NCBI GenBank assembly: GCA_039630055.1
Contig: JBCNVN010000001.1
Span: 7,588-71,587 of the forward strand
Reading direction: 5' to 3'
Origin: Candidatus Caldarchaeales archaeon
GTDB taxonomy: Archaea > Thermoproteota > Nitrososphaeria_A > Caldarchaeales > Wolframiiraptoraceae
DNA: 64,000 nt
Shown piece by piece: positions 17,794 through 26,173 of the stretch. The position numbers and the translations under genes are program-made. Every line of letters begins with the position of its first letter. Position 1 is the first letter of the stretch. The notes beneath the pieces were generated by a model that saw nothing but the letters and a program-made list of their open reading frames with translations, made no database searches and was not told the DNA's origin.

Positions 17794-18702
17794 CTAAAGT
17801 ACTTTTATCATATTAAAGATCTCGGTAGCTCTCTCATTGAGCTTATTTCTAAAATCTTTCGATAGCATAGATCTGATGCCATAATCTTCTAGAGCAATCG
17901 ATGTTGCTGAAGCTCCCACTGAAGATGCCCAAGCGAGATCTCCGCTTCTCGATAATTCTACTAGAAAAGCGCTTCCTAGAACATCTCCCGCCCCCGTTGG
18001 ATCAACTATCTTAACCTTTGGATAAGGTGGAATGAAATACTTCTTCTCTTTATTCATCGCTATAAACCCCTTCGAACCCATGCTTAGTATGATGTTCTCT
18101 ATACCAATCTTCAGTAGTCTTTCACCCGCCTTTACCGGATCAGCCAAGCCTGTCATTATCTCTGCTTCTTCTTGGGAAAGTCTTAAAATCCATAAATCCT
18201 TCAAAATTTTTATATCTAATTTTTTCTCCAGTCTAATCTTTCCAGATTTATCTACCGTTCTCAGCATCCCCTGAGGATCTAGAGCTGTCTTAAACCTTCT
18301 ACTAAAATTTACAATATCATCTTCAGTTATCTCTCCAGCGACTGGGCCAAGATATATTGTATCCAAGCCCTCCACCTCTTTAATTATTATCTTTGGAGCC
18401 TTCTGTATTAAGTACATCTCTCTAGCATCATCTCTATATCTTATTCTATATCTAGTTGTTCTGCATCTATTATTCTTGACCACTCTACTAATATCTACTC
18501 CAATCTTTGAAAGTTCTTCCAAGTACTCATCTGGATAGTCTCCGCCAACAATAGAGTAGATCTTTGTAGAGGAACCTAAGATGCGGGATGTTATAGAAGA
18601 GTAGAATGAGGTGCCTCCTGGAGCGGTTTTCATACTTCCATCAACGAACTCTATCTCATCTATTGTTAGATGTCCAAATATCGAGATCTCCAACACGTTC
18701 AT
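17794..18702 (-). CDS. PfkB-family sugar/nucleoside kinase
   Basis: 302 aa with PGGTSFY near the N-terminus and the DPTGAGD anion-hole motif near the C-terminus. Confidence 0.8.
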   Translation of the reverse strand: MNVLEISIFGHLTIDEIEFVDGSMKTAPGGTSFYSSITSRILGSSTKIYSIVGGDYPDEYLEELSKIGVDISRVVKNNRCRTTRYRIRYRDDAREMYLIQKAPKIIIKEVEGLDTIYLGPVAGEITEDDIVNFSRRFKTALDPQGMLRTVDKSGKIRLEKKLDIKILKDLWILRLSQEEAEIMTGLADPVKAGERLLKIGIENIILSMGSKGFIAMNKEKKYFIPPYPKVKIVDPTGAGDVLGSAFLVELSRSGDLAWASSVGASATSIALEDYGIRSMLSKDFRNKLNERATEIFNMIKVL

Positions 18703-18758
18703 CTCTTAAACTAAGATTGTCATAAAGATTGTTACTTTTTATTCTAGATTCTTCAAGA

Positions 18759-19319
18759 TCATCCTCTTCTAAATGTTATTCCCTCTAGAATTCCTACTCC
18801 TATATGTATTCTATCTATATGTTTTGATAATTCTTCATGAGTCTTGAATATTGATCCACAGTAAGGACATTTCAATCCTTCAGGTATCTCTAGGTCTGGG
18901 AGAGTTATAGATCTCTCCACGATATTTCCAACTACTGCTCTTAAGATCAATACTCCTAAAATTGTATCTGATTTTACTATTGGCAGTCTACGAATATCTT
19001 CTTCTAACATTAATTTGATCGCTTCACCTATCTTAGTCTCTGGATCTACAGCTATCAATGGTCTAGATACTAAGTCTCTTAACTTTACTTTCTTAGGGTC
19101 TCTTCCTTCTGCAACTACTTTGTAAACTATATCTTTTAATGTAAGTATTCCTAAAGGCTTCCTCTCTTCTGTGATAATTATAGATTCATGCTTCTTCTCT
19201 TTCATTATCTGCGCAGCATCATAAACGCTGCTGCCTGATTCAAGTACAAGATAGTCTTTTATAATATAATTTATAACAGGCTGATCTAGAATCTCCTTAC
19301 CGATTAACTTCTTAGACAT
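18759..19319 (-). CDS. CBS-pair protein with a C-terminal C2H2-type zinc finger
   Basis: 186 aa with two CBS repeats followed by CPYCGSIFKTHEELSKHIDRIH. Confidence 0.75.
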   Translation of the reverse strand: MSKKLIGKEILDQPVINYIIKDYLVLESGSSVYDAAQIMKEKKHESIIITEERKPLGILTLKDIVYKVVAEGRDPKKVKLRDLVSRPLIAVDPETKIGEAIKLMLEEDIRRLPIVKSDTILGVLILRAVVGNIVERSITLPDLEIPEGLKCPYCGSIFKTHEELSKHIDRIHIGVGILEGITFRRG

Positions 19320-19399
19320 CTAAAACTATTTTAAAATTCTACAATATATGTTTAAGAGGGGGGTCCGTTAGCTTATCAAGAAATGGGTAGATTTTTAAG

Positions 19400-19831
19400 T
19401 TATTCTTTATCCCTTGATGCCGGTAGGCTTACGGTACCCTGAGAGGCCTTATAATAGGTGTACCGTCTAGGCGTACCCTCTCTTACCAAAGTCCTCTCTC
19501 TTACAAGATCTAGTAGAGAGTGTGAAACCGCTGTAGAATCATAATTATATCCTCTCCTGGCCAATTCTTGAACAGTCTCAGATAGAGTCCTAGGCTTATC
19601 GAACCATCCTTCATCTATCAAGTTCTTGAGCAATATTGAGCATGTTGGGAGACTTCTAGTTCTCTCCTCTTTAATGGATGGCTTCTCCTCTATTTTAAGT
19701 TGGGGTAGAGAAGATCTTAAAGCCGATATTATATTTATTAAGGCTTCTTCTAATTTGTCAGGTGTAGCTTCTATTCTAACCGTAGCAGGTCCTAATGTTA
19801 CCTCTACTTTAACTTTTTCTTGATTGCTCAT
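19400..19831 (-). CDS. Hypothetical protein with a C-terminal winged-helix-like domain
   Basis: 143 aa. The C-terminus LSETVQELARRGYNYDSTAVSHSLLDLVRERTLVREGTPRRYTY looks like a wHTH. It is divergent from the NurA-HerA pair. Confidence 0.45.
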   Translation of the reverse strand: MSNQEKVKVEVTLGPATVRIEATPDKLEEALINIISALRSSLPQLKIEEKPSIKEERTRSLPTCSILLKNLIDEGWFDKPRTLSETVQELARRGYNYDSTAVSHSLLDLVRERTLVREGTPRRYTYYKASQGTVSLPASRDKE

Positions 19832-19902
19832 AATTCATCATGTCCAAGTTGAGCAACATTTATAAGCACATCGATCACAATTATATTGGAGGAATATAGG
19901 GC

Positions 19903-20940
19903 ATGGAACATCTTCAACACCATAATAATATGTATATGGAATTTTTTAAAGCTTTCTATGAGATAGGACGACAGACTCTAACCTCTATAGAGGGTCTGAG
20001 AATGTACGGTTACCCTAGGGAGGATCTCGTTAGAGATTATCTAGATGAATTCCATATTAATTTTGGCTCAACTCTAGATGAATATTTCTTTGAAACTCAA
20101 GAAGTTAGGATTGGTAGAGAACCGAAGAAGGTTATCGCTGTAGATACTTCATCTATAAGAATAGCAGAATCTGCTAGAGGTGTTGTCGTATCTATCAAAG
20201 GGGCTGCAGTCCTTAGGGAGTTAGATGGATCTACAAAAGTAGAGTCTATAGGCCCATTCCTATTCTATATTACGAGAAGAAATATCGTGAAGATCTTAAA
20301 GGAGCATTCTGAATTATTAAAGTCTAGAAGTGGTTACGATTTCTATCTTTATGCTCAAAAGATTTTGACAGAGCTCTTAGAGAGATGGCTCCAAGAATAT
20401 GTCGTAGAAAAATTCAGAGATTCGATAATATTATTTGACGGCTCTCTGACATCGAGCTCATCTAGTATTTCTCCAGATAGCATTGAAAAGATATTGAAGA
20501 AGGCTCTCGAGAATGGGAGTGAGGTTCTAGCCTTTTCTAAAACTTGTTTCCTCCAAGTCTCTGGTGAGCCTCTCCAAATAATTCAGACCGAGAAGAAGCC
20601 ACCATACATAATAGATCTAACTAGAGCCTTAGAATCCTATAATCTAGGTAGATTCAGATTATATGGGAGAACATATCTAGCACGTCTAGTAAAAGGGTCT
20701 CCAGGATATAGAGTAGATACATATCTTCAGAATGATGCTTCGACTGTTTTCGGCCTCCTACTTAGGAGCGACCCACTAGTATATGGATATCCAGAGACAC
20801 TAATACTTGCCCACGACTACTCAACCTTTACTAGGCTAGATACGATAACTCTTCAAATAATGTTGAAGAAGATGAAGGTGGAGCTACTCTATCCAGAATC
20901 TGTGAGAGAAATGTTATTCAACCCTCTAGATGGAGGCTAG
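19903..20940 (+). CDS. nurA: NurA-family nuclease
   Basis: 345 aa with the ordered NurA acidic and other motifs VIAVDTSS, IILFDGSL, AFSKT and GYPETLILAHDYS. Confidence 0.75.
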   Translation: MEHLQHHNNMYMEFFKAFYEIGRQTLTSIEGLRMYGYPREDLVRDYLDEFHINFGSTLDEYFFETQEVRIGREPKKVIAVDTSSIRIAESARGVVVSIKGAAVLRELDGSTKVESIGPFLFYITRRNIVKILKEHSELLKSRSGYDFYLYAQKILTELLERWLQEYVVEKFRDSIILFDGSLTSSSSSISPDSIEKILKKALENGSEVLAFSKTCFLQVSGEPLQIIQTEKKPPYIIDLTRALESYNLGRFRLYGRTYLARLVKGSPGYRVDTYLQNDASTVFGLLLRSDPLVYGYPETLILAHDYSTFTRLDTITLQIMLKKMKVELLYPESVREMLFNPLDGG

Positions 20941-20943
20941 AAT

Positions 20944-22395
20944 ATGAAGATTTTATCTAAGAGTAGTGATAAGATCGAGTTCTTAGCATATCCAGATGAA
21001 GAATTGTTTGAACGTGGAGACTATCTTATAGTAGAAGATGGGGGTAGAAGACTCTTAGTCCAAGTAATCGATATAGAGTATGCAGATCTACCTGGGAAGC
21101 TTGAAGATACTCTTAGAGAGCTCTCAATTGAAGATGTACAAGAGGTCTCTTTAGTCGATCCTTACTCTATCGGTTCTCTGATAGCCAAGCTTAGAGAGAC
21201 CCGGTTAATAATAGCTAAGTTCAGGGGTATAATCATCAACGGTGAGCTTAGAAATGATGTATTATGGCTTCCATCTAGATTCTACTCAAGGATTCAGAGA
21301 GCTTCACCATCATTAATTATAGAGTTATCGAAGAGTGGTGGGAGAAGATCGATAGTGTTAGGCGAATTTATGGGAGATTGGTTTACCATTAATGCCGAGT
21401 CTCTAGATGGTAGGCTAACGATAATAACAGGGAAGAAAGAGATGGGTAAATCCCATCTAGCAAAATTGTTAGTTGCAGGTCTCATAGAGTATGGAGCCCG
21501 AGTAATTGTATTCGATATAAATGGTGAGTATAGTGGATTATCACGAAGGATTGATGGTTCAGAGAGCGAGTTATCTGAAAGACTCGTAATACTGATACCG
21601 GGAAAAAGTTTTAAGGTATCTATAGAAGAAACAGGTCTGAAGACTCTTCTAGATATACTTCGATATGTCTATGATACTCCCCCATCCAGCCTTAGAGAAT
21701 TTAGTAGAATATGGTATCTTGTAGAGAAAACTTACAGGAGGGTAACCCTTAAAGGATTGATCGAGGCAGTATCTAGAGCTCAGATGAATGAATCTATAAG
21801 AGAGGCATTAGTTAGCAGGCTCTCGTCTATAGAGAGTCTAGAATTCTTTGATGATGAGGATCCCACCACGGTAGAAGAGCTTCTCGAAGGTCTAGAGTAT
21901 GGTGGAGCACTAATAGTAGACCTCTCTACCAGTTTACCTAATGGAAGAAGAGTTGTGGTAGAGTATCTCTTGAGCAAGCTATCATCGATGATGGATAGAA
22001 GTCGTGTTCTACCATTATTCCTTGTAGCTGAGGAGGCTCATCTATATCTAAGGGAGACTTACTGGGATGACCTGGTTACTAGGATGAGGCATATAGGTAT
22101 ATTCCCAATATTCGTTACTAATCAGCCCGACATGATCCCAGACTCAGTATACAGGCAAGCAGACAACATATTTCTCTTCAATTTTACAAATGATTCGGAT
22201 CTCGAGTATCTAGCTAAGGCTTCTCGGGTAGATGCAGAGACGGTAAAGGGTATAGTGAAAGCTTTGCCTCCGAGGAAATGTCTCGTTATAGGTAGAGTCG
22301 TAAATGATCTACCTGTCGTCGTCAAGGTTAGAGAACTAATGGTGAAGACTATGGGTGAGACCAGGCTCTTCTTTACATCTATTAGAGAACAGTAA
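20944..22395 (+). CDS. herA: HerA-like (DUF87/FtsK-HerA superfamily) ATPase
   Basis: 483 aa with an N-terminal barrel-like domain (GDYLIVEDGGRRLLVQVIDIEY), Walker A ITGKKEMGKSH and Walker B LFLVAEEAHLY. It begins 3 nt after nurA. Confidence 0.8.
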   Translation: MKILSKSSDKIEFLAYPDEELFERGDYLIVEDGGRRLLVQVIDIEYADLPGKLEDTLRELSIEDVQEVSLVDPYSIGSLIAKLRETRLIIAKFRGIIINGELRNDVLWLPSRFYSRIQRASPSLIIELSKSGGRRSIVLGEFMGDWFTINAESLDGRLTIITGKKEMGKSHLAKLLVAGLIEYGARVIVFDINGEYSGLSRRIDGSESELSERLVILIPGKSFKVSIEETGLKTLLDILRYVYDTPPSSLREFSRIWYLVEKTYRRVTLKGLIEAVSRAQMNESIREALVSRLSSIESLEFFDDEDPTTVEELLEGLEYGGALIVDLSTSLPNGRRVVVEYLLSKLSSMMDRSRVLPLFLVAEEAHLYLRETYWDDLVTRMRHIGIFPIFVTNQPDMIPDSVYRQADNIFLFNFTNDSDLEYLAKASRVDAETVKGIVKALPPRKCLVIGRVVNDLPVVVKVRELMVKTMGETRLFFTSIREQ

Positions 22396-24202
22396 CACTC
22401 TTGGCCAGATTTCTAGGCTTATCTGGATCGAATCCTTTTTCGATGGTTATATAATATGCTAGAAGCTGGAATGGGATTATGTATATTATCGGAGAAAGTA
22501 GTTCCCTTATGGACGGTAATCCTAGATACCAGTCTGAGAGCTCCTCCAATTCTCTATCTTCTTCATCTCCAACACAATAGATATCTGCTCCACGAGCTTT
22601 CATCTCCATTATATTCCCTATAATATGTTTACGTGTACTATCGTTTGGCGCTATAAAGAATACTGGATAACCTTCTTCTACAACACTTATCGGGCCATGC
22701 TTACTCTCTCCAGCTGGATAAGCTATACAGGGAATATAGGTTAGCTCCATAACTTTTAATCTTGCTTCGAGTGCTGTAGCATAGCTTATACCTCTTCCCA
22801 AAAAGAAGATACTTGAGAATCTTGCTGCTTTCTTTGAAAACTCAGCGATAGGCTTCTCCGATTTTTTTATTACTTTCTCAACTATTTGGGGAAGACTTTT
22901 TAAATCATCCTGGAATTCATCTATCTCATGCTGTGAGATCTTTCCTCTCTTCCTCGCGAGTCTCAAGGCTAGTAGAGCTAGAACAGTTAACTGGGATGTA
23001 AAAGTCTTGGTTGCTGCAACACTTATCTCAGGTCCAGCATTCTGTAGAATATATGCTCTCGCAATCCTTGTTAGTGTCGAGCCTAAAACATTGGTTAAAC
23101 CAATTATGGTGGCGGCTCTAAATCTTGCATAGTCTAATGCTGTTAAGACATCCGCTGTCTCACCTGATTGGCTCAGCGCGAATATGACGGTGTCCACCCC
23201 TATCGAGCTACCATAGTTCTCTATAAATTCAGAGGCTATCACAGGATAAGCTGTAAGTCTAGCAAGTTTTGAGAACATGTAAGATCCAACAATACATGCA
23301 TTATATGATGTACCTGAAGCTAGTAAGAATATCTCTCTCCCCCTATCTACTAGCTCCGTTATTAGGTCTAGGTATTTTTCTTGAGTTCTTAATGCTTCTC
23401 TGATAGCACTAGGCTGCTCGAATATCTCTTTAATGAAAAAGTGTGGGAACCCACCCTTAGTCGCCATTTCTAGAGTCCAATCAAGCTCTGTAATCTTTCT
23501 CTCAACCCTCAACCCAGTCTCTATCTGAATGATCTTGACATCTTCTGGGGTTATTATTGATAAATCTCCATTTTGTAGGAAAATTACCTTATTAGTGTGT
23601 TCGATTAGTGCAGCTACGTCGCTTGCGATAAGTTTCATATCTCTTGCTAAACCTATGACTAGAGGCGACTCATTTCTGGCAACAACTATCTTATCCGGCT
23701 CATCAGCATAGATAACGGCTATAGCATAGCTTCCTCTAAGTTTTCTAACAGATTCTAATACAGCCTCAGTAAGATTCTTACCAAGTTTCAGATATTCTTC
23801 TATTAGATGGGCTATAACTTCTGTATCAGTCTTAGACTTGAAGATATGTTTTCTAGCTTCAAGCTCTTGCCTCAGCTCTAGAAAATTCTCCAATACACCA
23901 TTGTGAACTACTACTACTTTTTCTTCACAGTCTAGGTGTGGATGGGCATTAACCTTGGAGGGTGCTCCATGCGTGGCCCATCTAGTATGGGCTACGCCTA
24001 TTGTTCCAGGCATATCTAGAAAGTTCAGTCTAGAATGTATCTCGTCTATCTTACCAACATCTTTTTTAATGATAACCTTATTACCGAATATTGTTGAGAC
24101 CCCTGCTGAGTCATATCCTCTATACTCTAACCTCTTGAGAGAGCTGTAGAGTATTTTGGCCACATCACCTTCTCTGGTAATGCATCCAGCTATGCCACAC
24201 AT
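22382..24202 (-). CDS. glmS: Glutamine--fructose-6-phosphate aminotransferase
   Basis: The ATG at 24202 gives the obligatory MCGI Ntn-Cys N-terminus, so the TTG-extended ORF to 24223 is unlikely. Two SIS domains are present and the C-terminus is NLAKSVTVL. Confidence 0.93.
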   Translation of the reverse strand: MCGIAGCITREGDVAKILYSSLKRLEYRGYDSAGVSTIFGNKVIIKKDVGKIDEIHSRLNFLDMPGTIGVAHTRWATHGAPSKVNAHPHLDCEEKVVVVHNGVLENFLELRQELEARKHIFKSKTDTEVIAHLIEEYLKLGKNLTEAVLESVRKLRGSYAIAVIYADEPDKIVVARNESPLVIGLARDMKLIASDVAALIEHTNKVIFLQNGDLSIITPEDVKIIQIETGLRVERKITELDWTLEMATKGGFPHFFIKEIFEQPSAIREALRTQEKYLDLITELVDRGREIFLLASGTSYNACIVGSYMFSKLARLTAYPVIASEFIENYGSSIGVDTVIFALSQSGETADVLTALDYARFRAATIIGLTNVLGSTLTRIARAYILQNAGPEISVAATKTFTSQLTVLALLALRLARKRGKISQHEIDEFQDDLKSLPQIVEKVIKKSEKPIAEFSKKAARFSSIFFLGRGISYATALEARLKVMELTYIPCIAYPAGESKHGPISVVEEGYPVFFIAPNDSTRKHIIGNIMEMKARGADIYCVGDEEDRELEELSDWYLGLPSIRELLSPIIYIIPFQLLAYYITIEKGFDPDKPRNLAKSVTVL

Positions 24203-24402
24203 CTTAATCCGATTACTCTTCAATATAGCATGCTTTTAGAGATTGCTCTTCTAGAATAATCAAGTCTACCATTCTGACCTCTAGAACCTTTAATGGCCAA
24301 TCCTCCAATATATACAGGGTATTTTCTAAGTATTCTTCATGGAATCTATCTAAACCAATCTACGAGTAAGGGATAAAATAGAGTTAAGACTTATCGTTCT
24401 AG

Positions 24403-25131
24403 ATGAATAGAATGAATGATAATCTATTAGATGAAGAAGTTAGAGCAGAATTCAGAGGCCGATTAGAGAATTTTCTCAGTATACTTAACTCTCAGATAGA
24501 ACGGCTTAGAATTAGATATGTAGAGATGGAGTCGAGAGGTAGAGAATACTTTGAGAAAGTTATTGAGTGCTTGGTGAATATGGATGAAGAGAGAGCTAGA
24601 ATATATGCTGAAGAGATTGCTGAGATAAGAAAGCTTGCCGAGATGGTTAAGAAGAGTCAGCTTCTCCTACTACAGGTAAAGATCAGGGTAGAAACTATCG
24701 TAGAGATAACTGAGGTAATAGGATTGATATTTCCTATAACATCTCTACTGGCTGAAGTAGAAGATGAGCTTAGGCCTATCGCACCTGAAGTAGTTCAGAA
24801 CCTCCATGAACTATCAGTCTGTATAGAAGAATTTACATCTACCACGATCCATAATAGGTTGGAGCCTGTGAGATATGAAGAACTGAGTAGAGAGGCGGAG
24901 AAGATCTTAATAGAGGCTCAGAAGCATGCTGTAGAGATCGTTAAGGATAAGTTTCCAGATATTCCTACGCTGGATGAAAACGAGAGGAAAGTCTATGCCT
25001 ATCTATCTAAAAATAGTAATGAGATAGATCTAGAGAGGTGTTCTAAAGAATTAAAGTTGGATGTTAAAGAAGTAAGGAATATTTTAGCATCTTTAGAAGA
25101 GAAGGGGTTGATAGAAGTAGAAGGCGAGTAG
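24403..25131 (+). CDS. cdvB: ESCRT-III/Snf7-like CdvB with a C-terminal winged helix
   Basis: 242 aa with a long coiled-coil helical hairpin region, then ENERKVYAYLSKNSNEIDLERCSKELKLDVKEVRNILASLEEKGLIEV. This is the CdvB architecture known from Sulfolobus. Confidence 0.7.
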   Translation: MNRMNDNLLDEEVRAEFRGRLENFLSILNSQIERLRIRYVEMESRGREYFEKVIECLVNMDEERARIYAEEIAEIRKLAEMVKKSQLLLLQVKIRVETIVEITEVIGLIFPITSLLAEVEDELRPIAPEVVQNLHELSVCIEEFTSTTIHNRLEPVRYEELSREAEKILIEAQKHAVEIVKDKFPDIPTLDENERKVYAYLSKNSNEIDLERCSKELKLDVKEVRNILASLEEKGLIEVEGE

Positions 25132-25452
25132 GAGAAGTATCACCGGGAACTTAATAACTACAATACTGGGTCTCTCTTTCCAAAGAATTATAGATATAAA
25201 AATTAGTTTGGCATAATCTAATGAAGATCATACAATATCAACTTCTTTGATGAGCCTCCTACTCTAGAATATATTCAAGATTGTTACGAAAACCGCCACA
25301 TACCAAAGGGTAATAATTATTGTTTTGAGGGGTAAAATTAAAAATTTTACAATAAATTTATCATTTTATGGAAAATATGTTATAATCTAGAGTGTGTGGG
25401 TTGGAAAACCTAATAATAGAGTACATTAAAGAACAATATAGATCAGTAGTGT

Positions 25453-26124
25453 ATGTCAAAGACTGTCGATCTATCTTTTAGTAGGATAGGTACCAGTGTA
25501 AGGGCAGCCCAAAAAAAGAGTATTATAAAGATTATTGAAGCTGGTCCTGAGCTTGTAAAGTTAGTTGAAGATGCTGATGATACTGTCATCGATTGTAAGA
25601 TCTCTAAGGGGCCAAGAGAATTTTGGAAGATCGATACTGGGATAAAGCTACTCGACAAGCTTATCCATATTATCTCATATTATTCTAGATTTAATATAGA
25701 GCTCATAGTAAATTATAAATCTGGTAAACCTAGCTACAAGATCGTTGAGGCTTCTGGCAGAGTTTTAGGAAGAACATTCAGAGTTATCGCAGATGAGAGG
25801 TCAAGAAGATATGGGATTTATGGTTATGGGTATGGGCAAGGAATCTTTAAAGAAGCGGTTTCAGAATCAAGGATATCTCTTGAGTCTGGAGCTGGATGCT
25901 GGATAAGCAGAAGCGGAGCTATAAAGGTTTTTGGAAGAGTAGAAGAATTACCAGAAGAATCTATAAAATTATTCTTTGAAGAGTTTTCAAAAGAACTCAA
26001 TGGTACTATTCATTTAGATCTAGTCCGGGCTGAGAGCCCACATAATCTATGGATCTCTGCTTTTATGGCTTTTGGTGAAGCTCTTAGACAAGTATTCCGA
26101 GAAGATGAATGGAGTAAGAAATAG
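25453..26124 (+). CDS. Imidazoleglycerol-phosphate dehydratase-like protein lacking the catalytic His pairs
   Basis: 223 aa. IDTGIKLLDKLIHIISYYSRFNIELIV, KIVEASGRVLG and AESPHNLWISAFMAFGEALR align by eye to IGPD blocks (TGIxFxDHML, HHxxED-GIxLG, GxNxHHxxEAxFKAxxRAL), but the His residues are replaced. Confidence 0.5.
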   Translation: MSKTVDLSFSRIGTSVRAAQKKSIIKIIEAGPELVKLVEDADDTVIDCKISKGPREFWKIDTGIKLLDKLIHIISYYSRFNIELIVNYKSGKPSYKIVEASGRVLGRTFRVIADERSRRYGIYGYGYGQGIFKEAVSESRISLESGAGCWISRSGAIKVFGRVEELPEESIKLFFEEFSKELNGTIHLDLVRAESPHNLWISAFMAFGEALRQVFREDEWSKK

Positions 26125-26173
26125 AGATGGTAGAGATCATGAAAGCTCCCTATTGAACCATATAATATTTCGA

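Noticed and set aside
19903-22395. NurA/HerA pair as cas-associated genes of the orphan array
   Set aside because: They lie 14 kb from the array and are separated from it by housekeeping operons. Neither resembles a Cas family.
25240-25330. TGATGA motif in the 320-nt cdvB/IGPD-like intergenic region, considered as a C/D-box sRNA
   Set aside because: No matching CUGA D box or terminal stem could be found, so the region is treated as plain AT-rich promoter DNA.
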